This document shows positions 27,491 to 37,369 of a stretch of 64,000 bases of DNA, piece by piece (positions within the stretch are counted from its first letter, which is position 1; each line of letters starts with the position of its first letter). The notes under the pieces were generated by a model. The model made no database searches. It saw only the letters and a program-made list of their open reading frames with translations, and was not told the DNA's origin. Source of the DNA: Candidatus Aminicenantes bacterium (lineage in GTDB: Bacteria > Acidobacteriota > Aminicenantia > Aminicenantales > Saccharicenantaceae); contig JAPKZD010000012.1 of NCBI GenBank assembly GCA_026393975.1, forward strand, positions 27,007 to 91,006, written 5' to 3'. A program made the translations under genes and the position numbers.

Positions 27491-28155
27491 CGCTCTCCGC
27501 ACCGCGACGCTCGTACACGATCCTGCCGGTCGACGCCGAGTTCTTGCCCGGCGATGCCTCCGGGCCCTGGCCGGGGATCCCGTCGCTCGGGATCGATCAC
27601 TATCTCTGGCTCGACAACGGCTACCGCCCCCCGGTCGAGATCAAGCTGTGTTATTCCCGTAGTTCCCTCCATGTCAGGTTCCGGGTGGGGGAGCGCCGGG
27701 TGCGCGTCAAATACGTGAAATTCCAGGACCCCGTCTACAAAGACAGCTGCGTCGAGTTCTTCATCGACGCTTTCCCGGAAAGCCGGCAGGGATACGTCAA
27801 TTTCGAGACCAACGCCGCGGGAACCCTATTGGCCGCCTTCGGTCCCGACCGTGACAACCGAAAACCGCTTTGGCCCGAAGACCTTTCCGGCTTCGAGGTC
27901 GCCTCGTCGATCGGCGGGCCCTGCGATGGCGAGCACGGCGGCGACACGTGGACGCTCGAGTATAAGGTGCCGCTCGTCCTTTTCCGAAAAATTTACGGTC
28001 AGGAGATCCTTCCCGGACATCGGGCCACCGCGAATTTCTACAAGTGCGGCGACGAGACGGAAGTCCCCCACTTCGGGGCCTGGAGCCCGGTTGATACCCC
28101 CTCTCCCGACTTTCATCGCCCTGAGTTCTTCGGCGAAGTCGTCTTCGGGCAGTGA
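27487..28155 (+). CDS. Carbohydrate-binding family 9-like protein
   Basis: ATGA overlap with the GH20 gene; DPVYKDSCVEFF, YVNFETN, NFYKCGD, PDFHRPEFFG. Confidence 0.85.
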   Translation: MTLSAPRRSYTILPVDAEFLPGDASGPWPGIPSLGIDHYLWLDNGYRPPVEIKLCYSRSSLHVRFRVGERRVRVKYVKFQDPVYKDSCVEFFIDAFPESRQGYVNFETNAAGTLLAAFGPDRDNRKPLWPEDLSGFEVASSIGGPCDGEHGGDTWTLEYKVPLVLFRKIYGQEILPGHRATANFYKCGDETEVPHFGAWSPVDTPSPDFHRPEFFGEVVFGQ

Positions 28156-28195
28156 TGACAAGGCCATGATCCCGGCGAAGCGACGCCTTAGAACT

Positions 28196-28897
28196 ATGAA
28201 CGAGCCGAACGACCGCAAGCGAAGCCGGGTCACGGGATGCGGAAGGAGCGGAGACCTCGTTCTCAAGCTCTGGACCCGGGCCGGAGTCGCGGCCGCGGCC
28301 GCTGTCGCGTTCGGCTGTCTCTACTTTTTCGTCCGTCAGTACTTCAAGAACGGGGTCTGGCGGTTCGACCTGCCCCTTGTCAACAAGTCGCTCGGCACGG
28401 CCGCGCTCTTCCTCGTCGCCCTGTCGATGTTCCTGACGGGGGTGGCCTACTTATCGCGCCGCTCCGGAAGGTCCCTGGCCTACCGGAAGCATTACGGCCT
28501 CATGGGATTCTGGACCGGCCTCGTCCACGGTGCCGTCAATCATTTTCTGCTTCCTGCCGTTGGCCTTCATCCGGAGAGGAAGCTCGCCGTTTGGCTTTCC
28601 GATGCCCCGGGCTTCCTGGCCCTCGTCCTCTTCGGGGCCATGGCCCTTCTCTCGAACGCCGGGGTCAAGCGACGCCTGGGGGGAGAAACCTGGAGAAGAG
28701 CCCTCCGCTACGGGGGGTACGCGGGGCTCCTGCTGGCCGTGGCCCACGCGGCGCTGCTCAAATGGACGAGCTGGACGAAATACGTGCGGACATTCGATTC
28801 CGTCCTTCCCTCGCTCAGCCTTCCGGTCGCTGCCTTCGCCGCCGCGGCGATCGTCCTGCGTCTGGCGGCCTGGATTTCTGAAGCCCGGAAAAAGTGA
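28196..28897 (+). CDS. Ferric reductase-like transmembrane protein (MsrQ/YedZ-like); start uncertain
   Basis: Six hydrophobic segments; YRKHYGL.GF..GLVH; ALLSN..VKRRLG..WRR..GY..LAVAH. Confidence 0.6.
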   Translation: MNEPNDRKRSRVTGCGRSGDLVLKLWTRAGVAAAAAVAFGCLYFFVRQYFKNGVWRFDLPLVNKSLGTAALFLVALSMFLTGVAYLSRRSGRSLAYRKHYGLMGFWTGLVHGAVNHFLLPAVGLHPERKLAVWLSDAPGFLALVLFGAMALLSNAGVKRRLGGETWRRALRYGGYAGLLLAVAHAALLKWTSWTKYVRTFDSVLPSLSLPVAAFAAAAIVLRLAAWISEARKK

Positions 28898-28900
28898 GGC

Positions 28901-30061
28901 TTATTTCAGCTTTTCTTGTCCGACGAATTCCCGGTACGGGCTGAGGTAGGAAAGCGTCTCGCGATCCTCTTCGTCGGTCTTGCCCAGGACCATGCGGGCT
29001 ATGAGCTCACCGAGCCCGGGTCCGAGCATGAAACCCTGGCCGCACATGCCGACCGCTAGCATGTAGCCCTCGAGGTCGCGGGTCCAGCCGACGATTGGGA
29101 AGCCGTCGGGCGTCATGGGGTAGAGGCCCCGCCACGTCCGCCTGACGCGAAGGTTTTTGAGGCGGGGGATGAGGTTGACCATGCGCTGGGCGACCATGGG
29201 CAGGAACGAGCTCGTCTCGCGGACGTCCAGGCCCCAGATGCTGGGGCTGGGCGTGATGCAGAAGATGACCTGGCCGGTGTCGTGCTGATAGAAATAGTAG
29301 TTGGCCGATCCGGCGACGGGGCGGATGTCGACGACCATGGGTTCGAGGAAGCGGGCGACGGCCTCGGTCACCGCGCCTTCGTGCGAGTCGGGCCGGACGG
29401 GGACGTCGATTCCGGCCAGCGCCGACATCTCCGTGCCCCAGGGACCGGCGGCGTTGACGACGACCGCGGCGCCATATTCCCCCTTGTCGGTGTGCACGCC
29501 GCGGACCCGGCCGCCATCGATGTCGTACCCGGTCACTTTTTCGTTGAACAGGAACTCGGCGCCGAGCTTTTTCGCCCGGCTGTAGAAAGCGTGGATCGCG
29601 AGCAGGGGAGAGGCGTGGCCGTCGTCGGGGGAGAACGTCCCGCCGATGAGGCCCTCGGGATTGAGATCGGGGATGACCTCCAGGAAGGATTGCCTATCCA
29701 GCCAGTCGATGTTCAGGCCGTATTTTTTCTGGACGACGAGGAGCTCCTTGAGCGTCCGCTCCTCTTCGCCGCGGTAAGCGACGAACGAGTAGCCGCCTTT
29801 GCGCCACTCGATCTTGTCGCCGAAGCGCTCTTCCCAGGTCGAGAAAACATCGAGGCTACGCAAGCAAAGGCGGATCTTGGCCGGATCGGAATGGGTGGCC
29901 CGGAGGCCGCCGATGGCCCGTTTGTTCGAGCCCTGTCCGACGCTCGGGTACTGGTCGATGACCAGGACGCGAAGCCCGGCCTCGGCCAGGGAGAGCGCAG
30001 CCGGCACGCCGACGCTGCCGGCCCCGACGATGACGACGTCGTAGGATCTATTCGCGGTCAT
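28901..30061 (-). CDS. FAD-dependent oxidoreductase, DAO family (sarcosine oxidase beta / dye-linked proline dehydrogenase beta-like)
   Basis: IVGAGSVG, VVNAAGPW, RTWRGLYPMTPDGFPIVG, GMCGQGFMLGPG. Confidence 0.88.
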   Translation of the reverse strand: MTANRSYDVVIVGAGSVGVPAALSLAEAGLRVLVIDQYPSVGQGSNKRAIGGLRATHSDPAKIRLCLRSLDVFSTWEERFGDKIEWRKGGYSFVAYRGEEERTLKELLVVQKKYGLNIDWLDRQSFLEVIPDLNPEGLIGGTFSPDDGHASPLLAIHAFYSRAKKLGAEFLFNEKVTGYDIDGGRVRGVHTDKGEYGAAVVVNAAGPWGTEMSALAGIDVPVRPDSHEGAVTEAVARFLEPMVVDIRPVAGSANYYFYQHDTGQVIFCITPSPSIWGLDVRETSSFLPMVAQRMVNLIPRLKNLRVRRTWRGLYPMTPDGFPIVGWTRDLEGYMLAVGMCGQGFMLGPGLGELIARMVLGKTDEEDRETLSYLSPYREFVGQEKLK

Positions 30062-32162
30062 GGCCGTTGTCCTCCTCGCCCAGGCCCGCGAACAGTCCCA
30101 AGGGCACTTCCAAAAACAGGGGCCGTTTCAGCTGGTCGACGATTTCGGCTTCGGGAACGCCCTCCTCGCGGAACAGCCGGTGGATGAGCGGCGTGCAGGT
30201 CTTGGCGCCGCAGGAGCCCATGCTCGCCCGGGTCACCGCTTTGATCTCGTTGATGTCCCGGACGCCATCCCGGATGAGTTTCCGGATGGCCCCGGCCGTG
30301 ACCCGTTCGCAGCGGCAGATGACGTTGTCATCGGCTGTGCGCTCGACGTACCGGATCAGGGATTCCCCGACCTCGGCTGGCTGGACCCTGATCCCGGCGA
30401 TTTTTTTTGCGTATTCCCGGGGCGCCCGAACCTTGACGATCACGGTCCTGTCGTTGGCCTTGATGGCCTTGACCGCGCCGACCTCGACCCGGCCCAGAGC
30501 GTTTCCCTCGGTATCCTCGACGACCACGGAGTCCCCGGCTTTCAAGCTGTCCTTGAGGAACTCGAACGGGACGGCCACGGTTGGAAAATCCGGGTCCTTG
30601 CGGTAGTCGACGAGGGTGATGGCCAGCCCGGGACAGATGGCGACGCATTTTTCGCAGCCCGTACAGCCCTTGCCGCCCTTCTCTTCGACGAACGACGGGA
30701 GAAGCCGGATGTCCGTCTCGTCCATTTCGATGAGGTCGTTCGGGCAGACAGCCGTGCACGGGTCGCAGGGGATCTCCTGGTTGCAGTGGATGACCGGGAA
30801 AACGCCCGCTTCGGCCGCCGGCGTTATTTCCGGGGACGTCGTTCCTGGCCGGGACTTGAGGATGTCGGCGGTTCGGTACCAGTCCGGCGAGATCTCGCCG
30901 ACGTCGTGCCCGAGCGCCCGGGCCACTTCGAGGCCGCGGATCTTGCCCGAAAAGATGGCCGCGGAGGCCTCGGCGATCTCCTCGGCGTCGCCGGCTGCGA
31001 ATGCGGGAAGGCCGAATTCGCGGGCCTTCTCGTGGAACTCGTTGACGGGGTCGAGGCCGACGGCGATGAGGACGGTGTCGCAATCGAAGGACCGCTCGGT
31101 CCCGGGGACGGGCTTGAACCTCTCGTCGACGCGGGCGACGGTCACGGACACGACGGCGTCCTCACCGTTGGCGCTAAGGACGGTATGCGACGTGTAGATC
31201 GGCACGCCCAGACGGGCCAGCTTGTCCCGGTGGACCTTGTAGCCGCCGCACTCGGGCAGGATTTCGACCAGTCCGACGACCGATATCCCCGCCTGAAGGG
31301 CGTGATATCCGGCGATGAGCCCGACGTTTCCGCCGCCGACGATGAACAGCCGGCCCGTTGGCTTGACAAGGTCCCTGTTGACGAGCGTCTGGAAGGCGCC
31401 CGCACCGTAGACCCCCGGCAGGGTGTTGCCCGGAAAGGCCAGGTTTTTCTCCCGCGCTCCCGCGGTCGTAAGGAGGACGTCCGGCTTGACCAGCGCGTAC
31501 CGACGGCCTTCGACGAGGACGCCCACGGTCTTGTCGCTGTAGACGGCCAGGGCCGCGCTCTGCAGCCAGACGCGGACGTGAGGAAACGAGCGGACCTCGT
31601 TCTCGAGGCGGGTGGCGATATCGATGCCGCGCGTGCCGGCGTAGACGGCATCGATCGATCCGAAGAAGCGGTGGGTCTGGAGGACGAGCTTGCCGCCGAG
31701 CCGGTGCTTGTCATCGATGATGAGCGTCTCGACGCCGCGCTTGCCGAGCTCGATCCCAGCCGAGAGGCCGGCCGGTCCGCCGCCGATGATGAGGACGGGA
31801 ACGCGGAGGGTTTCGATGGGCCGGGGTTTGGCCGCGGCGAGGACGGCGGCGTCGACGCGGGGCAGCTCGGGAAGACCATCGGCGGGCTCGACCCGCATGC
31901 CGGGCCTGACGAGCTCCATGCAGGACTTCACCGGAATCCCGTCGGCCAGGACGAGACACTGGGCGCACTGGCCGTTGGCGCAGAAGATGCCCTGGGCGGC
32001 GCCGTCCTTGGCATGGTGTCCGAAAACGCGGACGCCGGCGGCGATCAGGGCGGAGGATAGGGTTTCCCCTTCGAAGGCCTCCAGCGGGCGGCCTTTCCAG
32101 GAGAAAGAAATGGACTTTCGGGCGGGTATGGGCAGGATGGGGTGCTGTTCAATACGGTACAC
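30048..32162 (-). CDS. Multidomain FAD/Fe-S oxidoreductase (sarcosine oxidase / proline dehydrogenase alpha-like)
   Basis: Probable GTG start (YRIEQHPIL); GIFCANGQCAQC..C (2Fe-2S); IIGGGPAG; GAREK..FPGNTLPGV; CDPCTAVCP and CTGCEKCVAICP (4Fe-4S); ICRCE..MGSCGAKTC (BFD-like). Confidence 0.85.
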   Translation of the reverse strand: MYRIEQHPILPIPARKSISFSWKGRPLEAFEGETLSSALIAAGVRVFGHHAKDGAAQGIFCANGQCAQCLVLADGIPVKSCMELVRPGMRVEPADGLPELPRVDAAVLAAAKPRPIETLRVPVLIIGGGPAGLSAGIELGKRGVETLIIDDKHRLGGKLVLQTHRFFGSIDAVYAGTRGIDIATRLENEVRSFPHVRVWLQSAALAVYSDKTVGVLVEGRRYALVKPDVLLTTAGAREKNLAFPGNTLPGVYGAGAFQTLVNRDLVKPTGRLFIVGGGNVGLIAGYHALQAGISVVGLVEILPECGGYKVHRDKLARLGVPIYTSHTVLSANGEDAVVSVTVARVDERFKPVPGTERSFDCDTVLIAVGLDPVNEFHEKAREFGLPAFAAGDAEEIAEASAAIFSGKIRGLEVARALGHDVGEISPDWYRTADILKSRPGTTSPEITPAAEAGVFPVIHCNQEIPCDPCTAVCPNDLIEMDETDIRLLPSFVEEKGGKGCTGCEKCVAICPGLAITLVDYRKDPDFPTVAVPFEFLKDSLKAGDSVVVEDTEGNALGRVEVGAVKAIKANDRTVIVKVRAPREYAKKIAGIRVQPAEVGESLIRYVERTADDNVICRCERVTAGAIRKLIRDGVRDINEIKAVTRASMGSCGAKTCTPLIHRLFREEGVPEAEIVDQLKRPLFLEVPLGLFAGLGEEDNGHDRE

Positions 32163-32266
32163 GGGCGGCCATTCTCCTTCCGCCTTCGACGGGCGGCCCG
32201 GCAAAGGCGTTTATTATAGCATATCGGATTTTTCGTGGGTAGAAAGATCCGAGGTGGTGTATAATC

Positions 32267-33163
32267 ATGCCGAAGATGATGAGGTCGAGAGAAAACACCC
32301 GCTCGGCGACGGTCGCGCTGATCATCCTGGCCCTTCTCGCCGTTCCTCTGGCCGCGAATGAGGCCGACGGACGTCCCGCCGAAACGGGAAAAAACCCGGG
32401 TTTCAAGCAGGCGGCGCGGGATTTCGCCGAAGACGCGGGCCGGATCTGGAGCTCGCCCTTCCGTATCAAGGAGCGGCACGTGGGTCCGCTCATCGCCCTG
32501 GCCGCGACCACCGCTTTTCTCATCGCCGCCGACGAAGACATTCGGGGCGCTTTCCAAGGCTATGTGGACCATCACCCTTGGGTGGGCGATGTCGGCCCGG
32601 TGATCACGCAGATGGGGGGCCTGGGCGCAGTAGCGACGGCAGGATTCTTCCTGGGCGCCGGTCTCGTCTTCAAGGACGACCGGGCGAGGGATACGGGCTA
32701 CTTGGCAGCTTGCGCCATGGCCCAATCTTTCCTCGTAGAGCAGGCCCTCAAGGGTCTCACCGGACGGCAGCGACCCTACGTCGCCGACGGGACCGACCGT
32801 TGGTCGGGGCCGGAAGGATTCTTCAAGCGCTACGATAAGGCGAACCACGGCCTCTACGATTCCTTCCCGTCCGGCCACTCTACCTGGGCCTTTAGCCTGG
32901 CGACCGTCGTGGCCCTGCAGTACCGTCACACGGCCTGGGTACCGGTCCTGGCCTATACGATCGCCGCCGGAGTGGGACTTACCCGGGTGACCATGGACCG
33001 CCATTGGATGTCCGACGTTGTGGTCGGGGCGGTCATCGGCCACCTCGTCGCCCGGTTGGTCGTGCGCAGCTACACCCGGAGACAGCGCCTGGTCCCGGTC
33101 CTGGGCTGTTCCGGAAGGGGCATCGCCTTGGGCTTCCTATATAACCTCGACCCGGTCTATTGA
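32267..33163 (+). CDS. PAP2-family membrane phosphatase
   Basis: KGLTGRQRP, SFPSGH, TRVTMDRHWMSDV. Confidence 0.9.
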   Translation: MPKMMRSRENTRSATVALIILALLAVPLAANEADGRPAETGKNPGFKQAARDFAEDAGRIWSSPFRIKERHVGPLIALAATTAFLIAADEDIRGAFQGYVDHHPWVGDVGPVITQMGGLGAVATAGFFLGAGLVFKDDRARDTGYLAACAMAQSFLVEQALKGLTGRQRPYVADGTDRWSGPEGFFKRYDKANHGLYDSFPSGHSTWAFSLATVVALQYRHTAWVPVLAYTIAAGVGLTRVTMDRHWMSDVVVGAVIGHLVARLVVRSYTRRQRLVPVLGCSGRGIALGFLYNLDPVY

Positions 33164-33264
33164 TACGTTCGATGGCGCCAACCCTCGGGCTTTCGGCCGG
33201 GGCCCCGATCGCTGTCGAATGGAGTGATGATCGCAGCGAGGAACTCCTAAATAAGGATGGGCTC

Positions 33265-35121
33265 ATGAAAAAATATGAGGTGCCGGTCGTTCTCATCGCG
33301 TGTCTCATGCTCGGCGTCGGGGTATCATCCGGACAACGGACGGAGAAACCTGTCCTCTACGGCCAAAACTGGGTGGCCATCACCGGAAAGCCGCTGGCTG
33401 CGACGGCGGGGGCTCTCGTCTTCGCCAAGGGCGGCAACGCCGTCGACGCGGCCTGCGCCATGCTGGGCGCCGTCTGCACCATGTACGACGTCCTGAGCTG
33501 GGGCGGCGAAACCCAGGCCCTCATTTTTAACCCCGGGACAAAGAAGGTCATCGGTTTGAACGCACTCGGCGTCGCCCCCGCGGGAGCGACGGCCGGATTC
33601 TACAAGGACAAGGGCTTCGAGTACCCGCCCGCCGACGGCGTCCTTTCGGCCGTGACACCAGGCACGCCCGGCGGCCTCCTGACTATGCTGGCGGAATACG
33701 GGACGATGAGCCTCGCCGAGGTCCTCGAGCCCGCCGTCCGCATGGCCGGGGGTTATCCCATGGACAAGGAAACGGCTGACCGCATCGAAAAAGACAAGGA
33801 CAAGATCAAGGGCTGGCCTTATTCCCGGGCCGTCTTCCTGCCGCACCTCGACGAGCCGCGCGAGGCGCCGTATCCCGGCGAGGTCTTCCGTCAACCGGAC
33901 CTCCTCGACACCCTGAAGAAACTCATCGAGGCCGAAGGGCGGGCCCTGGCCGGAGGGAAAAACAGGAAAGAGGCGATCTACGCCGCCTACGACCGTTTCT
34001 ATAAGGGCGATATCGGACGGGAATTCGTCCGGGGCTCGCACGAACAAGGCGGACTCATCACCATGGACGATTTGGCCGCTTGGAAGGTCCACATCGAAGA
34101 GCCCGTGTCGACCGACTACAAGGGCATCGAGGTCTACAAGCTCACGAGCTGGGTCCAGGGCCCGGTCATGCTCCAGGCTCTGAACATGCTCGAGACGGTC
34201 GACCTCAAAGCCATGGGCTACAACAGCGCCGCCTACATCCACACGCTCTACCAGGTTATGAACCTGGCCTTCGCCGACCGGGATTTCTATTACGGCGACC
34301 CATATTTTCCGCCGCAAGAGCCCCTCCGCGGCCTGCTGTCGAAGGCCTACGCCAAAGACCGGGCCAAACTCATTCGAAGCGACAAGAACGATGCCGGCGC
34401 CAAGCCGGGCGATCCCTATCCCTACGAAGGAAAAATCAATCCGTACGTTGGCTTTCTCGACCGCTGGCTCGATTGGGGCAGGGGAGAGGCTGGGGCGCTC
34501 GGGCCCGGGGAGGCGGAAGCCGTCGAGGAAACCTTCTGGACCGGGACGACGTCCATCCAAGCCGCAGATAAAGAGGGCTGGGTCGTTTCCGTGACCCCTA
34601 GCGGGGGCTGGGTCCCGTGCGTCATCGCTGGGAAGACGGGAGTCGGCATGAGCCAGCGGGCCCAGAGTTTCGTCCTCGACGAATCCAAGAACCCTTTCAA
34701 CGTCATCGCGCCCGGAAAAAGGCCGCGGTCGACACTGACACCCGGGCTGGCCCTGAAAGACGGACGGCCTTTCCTCTCCTTCGCCGTTCAGGGCGGGGAC
34801 ACTCAGGATCAGAACCTCCTCCAGTTTTTCCTCGACGTGGTCGAATTCGGGATGAACGTCCAGGAGGCGTGTGAGGCAGCCAACATCACGAGCTACCAGA
34901 TGCATGATTCGTTCAACGACCATAGGACCTTCCCCGGGAAGCTCGACGTCAACGCGAAGGTCACGGAGGAGGTCCGGCAGAAGCTCCGGGCCATGGGATA
35001 TATTTTGTCCGTCAAGAAATACACTTCGGGCCCGATCAACGCCATTTTCTTCGACCGCGTCCACGGCACGTTTTGGGGCGGCAGCAGTAACTACGGCGAG
35101 GACTACGGCATCGCCTGGTAA
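33265..35121 (+). CDS. ggt: Gamma-glutamyltransferase family protein
   Basis: GGNAVDAA, FYKGDIG, LAFADR..YGDP, GTTSIQAAD (Thr nucleophile), PGKRPRSTL. Confidence 0.88.
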   Translation: MKKYEVPVVLIACLMLGVGVSSGQRTEKPVLYGQNWVAITGKPLAATAGALVFAKGGNAVDAACAMLGAVCTMYDVLSWGGETQALIFNPGTKKVIGLNALGVAPAGATAGFYKDKGFEYPPADGVLSAVTPGTPGGLLTMLAEYGTMSLAEVLEPAVRMAGGYPMDKETADRIEKDKDKIKGWPYSRAVFLPHLDEPREAPYPGEVFRQPDLLDTLKKLIEAEGRALAGGKNRKEAIYAAYDRFYKGDIGREFVRGSHEQGGLITMDDLAAWKVHIEEPVSTDYKGIEVYKLTSWVQGPVMLQALNMLETVDLKAMGYNSAAYIHTLYQVMNLAFADRDFYYGDPYFPPQEPLRGLLSKAYAKDRAKLIRSDKNDAGAKPGDPYPYEGKINPYVGFLDRWLDWGRGEAGALGPGEAEAVEETFWTGTTSIQAADKEGWVVSVTPSGGWVPCVIAGKTGVGMSQRAQSFVLDESKNPFNVIAPGKRPRSTLTPGLALKDGRPFLSFAVQGGDTQDQNLLQFFLDVVEFGMNVQEACEAANITSYQMHDSFNDHRTFPGKLDVNAKVTEEVRQKLRAMGYILSVKKYTSGPINAIFFDRVHGTFWGGSSNYGEDYGIAW

Positions 35122-35167
35122 GAGCTTCGGGAAAGGGCCCGGCTGTTCTCCTCCCGCGAGGGCAAGA

Positions 35168-35196
35168 TTGACTACGAGGCGGCAAAGCCCTATATT
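35168..35196 (+). promoter_or_regulatory. Sigma70-type promoter for the GH127 gene
   Basis: TTGACT-17 bp-TATATT. Confidence 0.6.
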
Positions 35197-35282
35197 TATG
35201 AAAAGTCGACCCATGACATGATCAAAACCCTGCGCCGCTAGTCCGGGCGCCGGGCCAACCCCGGGGTCGGCGGAGGGCTTCC

Positions 35283-37313
35283 ATGAGACATCTGGTCATC
35301 CCGGCGCTCTTCCTGGCGTTCGTATTCCTCCAATCCCGGATCGGCTCTCCGGCCGCCCCTGAACCAGGCCTCCAAGAAGCGACGACCGTGGACGTCCCCC
35401 CGTCCGCCGCGCCGAACATCCATTATCCTTCCAACAAATCCCCCTTGGCTGTGAGCCCCCTGGTCAAGCTGCCGATCGGGGCCGTCGAGCCGAGCGGCTG
35501 GCTTATGGCCCAGCTCCAGCTCATGCGGGACGGCTTCACCGGCCGTCTGGCCGAGCTCAGCCGTTTCCTCGGGGCCGACAGCGGCTGGATCACTCTCAAG
35601 GGCAAGGGCTGGGAGGAAATGCCTTATTGGCTCAAGGGCTATGGTGACCTCGGCTATATTCTCAAAGACGCGGCGATCCGCCGCGCGACCGAGCAATGGC
35701 TCGTCCGGGCCTTCGCGTCGCAGGCGCGGGACGGCTATTTCGGGCCCGTAGACAACCGCGCCGCGCGGGACCTCTGGCCGAACATGGTCATGCTGGCGGC
35801 CATGCAGAGCTTTTACGAGGCCACCGGCGACCGCCGCGTCCTGTCCCTCATGAGCCGCTATTTCCAGTTCGAATTCCACCTCGCCGCCGAAGATCTCCTG
35901 CCGGAAAGCTGGCAGAAGCTGAGGGGAGGGGAGAACCTGGAAAGCGTCTATTGGCTCTATAACCGGACGGGCGAGAGATTCCTCCTCGACCTAGCCCGGA
36001 AGCTGTTCGCGCGGACGTCGGATTGGACCTCGCCCATCCTCACACCCGCACGGGACAAGGATGGAGTCGAGAGCTCGTTCTACCACGGCGTCAACATCGC
36101 CATGGGCTTCCGCCAGCCGGGCGTCTATTTCCAACAGGTGCGGGACCGGACCTACCTCGAGGCTGTCGAGCGCAACTACCGTCAGGTCATGGACCGGTAC
36201 GGCCGCCAGCCGGGCGGGATGTTCGGAGCGGACGAGAACATCCGGCCGGGGAAGGAGGATCCCCGTCAGGGCGCCGAAACCTGCACCATGGTGGAATTCA
36301 TGGCCAGCTTCGAGTCCCTCCTCAAGATCACCGGGGATGCCGTTTGGGCCGACCGCGCCGAAGAGGTCGCCTTCAATTCCCTGCCGGCGTCCATGACTCC
36401 CGACCTCAAGGGCCTTCACTACCTGACCGCGCCGAACCTCATTTCCTGCGACAGCACGGGGGAGCACGATTTCCAGAATTCCGGGACTCTCGTCTCCTTC
36501 GACCCCTGGAGCTATCGCTGCTGCCAGCATAATGTCGCGTTCGGCTGGCCGTATTTCGCCGAGCATCTGTGGATGGCGACGGCCGACAACGGCCTCGCGG
36601 CCGTCCTCTATGCCCCTTCCACGGTGAAAGCCAAGGTCGCCGACGGGACGGAGGTCGCCGTGTCGGAGGAGACTTTCTACCCGTTCGACGACCAGATCCA
36701 GCTCACGGTCTCCTGTGACCGGCCGGTCGATTTCCCGCTCTACCTGAGGCTTCCCGGTTGGGCGGCGAAGGTCCGGGTCCTCCTCAACGGGCGCCCGCTC
36801 GAGGGAGAATTCCGCGGCGGCCGGTATGCCGTCCTGCGGCGGACCTGGCGGCACGGCGACCAGGTCCGGCTGGAATTCGCCCCGGCCATCGAAGTCGTCG
36901 GCTGGCCGTCGGTCCGCGGCGCCGTTTCCGTACGCCGCGGCCCCCTCTGGTACGCGCTCAAGATCGGAGAGAACTGGCGGCGGTACGGCGGAACGGACGC
37001 CTGGCCGGCTTACGAGATCCTGCCGACGACTGCCTGGAATTATGGCCTTTTGCTCAAGGGCCAGGGATCCGTCCCGGCCATCCGGGTATCGGCCAGGCAA
37101 ACTCCTCCCTATCAGCCTTTCACGCCGGACGGGGCGCCGATCGTCCTCAAAGCGATGGCCCGCCGCGTCCCCGGATGGACGGAGGAAGGAAGGATGGCCG
37201 GTCTCGTCCCGCCGAGCCCGGCCGCAGGCGAGGGCTCGGTCGAGGAGGTCGAGCTCGTCCCCATGGGCTGCGCCCGGCTGCGGATCTCCACTTTCCCGGT
37301 CGTCAAAGATTGA
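35283..37313 (+). CDS. Beta-L-arabinofuranosidase-like glycoside hydrolase (GH127/DUF1680)
   Basis: GWEEMPYWL, HGVNIA, ETCTMVE, CCQHN, YPFDD, LRLPGW, LVPMGCARLRI. Confidence 0.85.
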   Translation: MRHLVIPALFLAFVFLQSRIGSPAAPEPGLQEATTVDVPPSAAPNIHYPSNKSPLAVSPLVKLPIGAVEPSGWLMAQLQLMRDGFTGRLAELSRFLGADSGWITLKGKGWEEMPYWLKGYGDLGYILKDAAIRRATEQWLVRAFASQARDGYFGPVDNRAARDLWPNMVMLAAMQSFYEATGDRRVLSLMSRYFQFEFHLAAEDLLPESWQKLRGGENLESVYWLYNRTGERFLLDLARKLFARTSDWTSPILTPARDKDGVESSFYHGVNIAMGFRQPGVYFQQVRDRTYLEAVERNYRQVMDRYGRQPGGMFGADENIRPGKEDPRQGAETCTMVEFMASFESLLKITGDAVWADRAEEVAFNSLPASMTPDLKGLHYLTAPNLISCDSTGEHDFQNSGTLVSFDPWSYRCCQHNVAFGWPYFAEHLWMATADNGLAAVLYAPSTVKAKVADGTEVAVSEETFYPFDDQIQLTVSCDRPVDFPLYLRLPGWAAKVRVLLNGRPLEGEFRGGRYAVLRRTWRHGDQVRLEFAPAIEVVGWPSVRGAVSVRRGPLWYALKIGENWRRYGGTDAWPAYEILPTTAWNYGLLLKGQGSVPAIRVSARQTPPYQPFTPDGAPIVLKAMARRVPGWTEEGRMAGLVPPSPAAGEGSVEEVELVPMGCARLRISTFPVVKD

Positions 37314-37338
37314 CAATCTCCCGCGTTCTTATTACAAA
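37310..37338 (+). promoter_or_regulatory. Sigma70-type promoter for mscL
   Basis: TTGACA (overlapping the upstream stop codon)-17 bp-TACAAA. Confidence 0.5.
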
Positions 37339-37369
37339 TTAGCCGGGAACGAATTCAGAGGAGGTTAGA

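Noticed and set aside
32149-32172. ATG GCC GCC CGT GTA CCG TAT TGA next to AAGGAG, suggesting a frameshifted start
   Set aside because: That ATG is too close to the SD sequence; an in-frame GTG at 32162 gives a plausible start.
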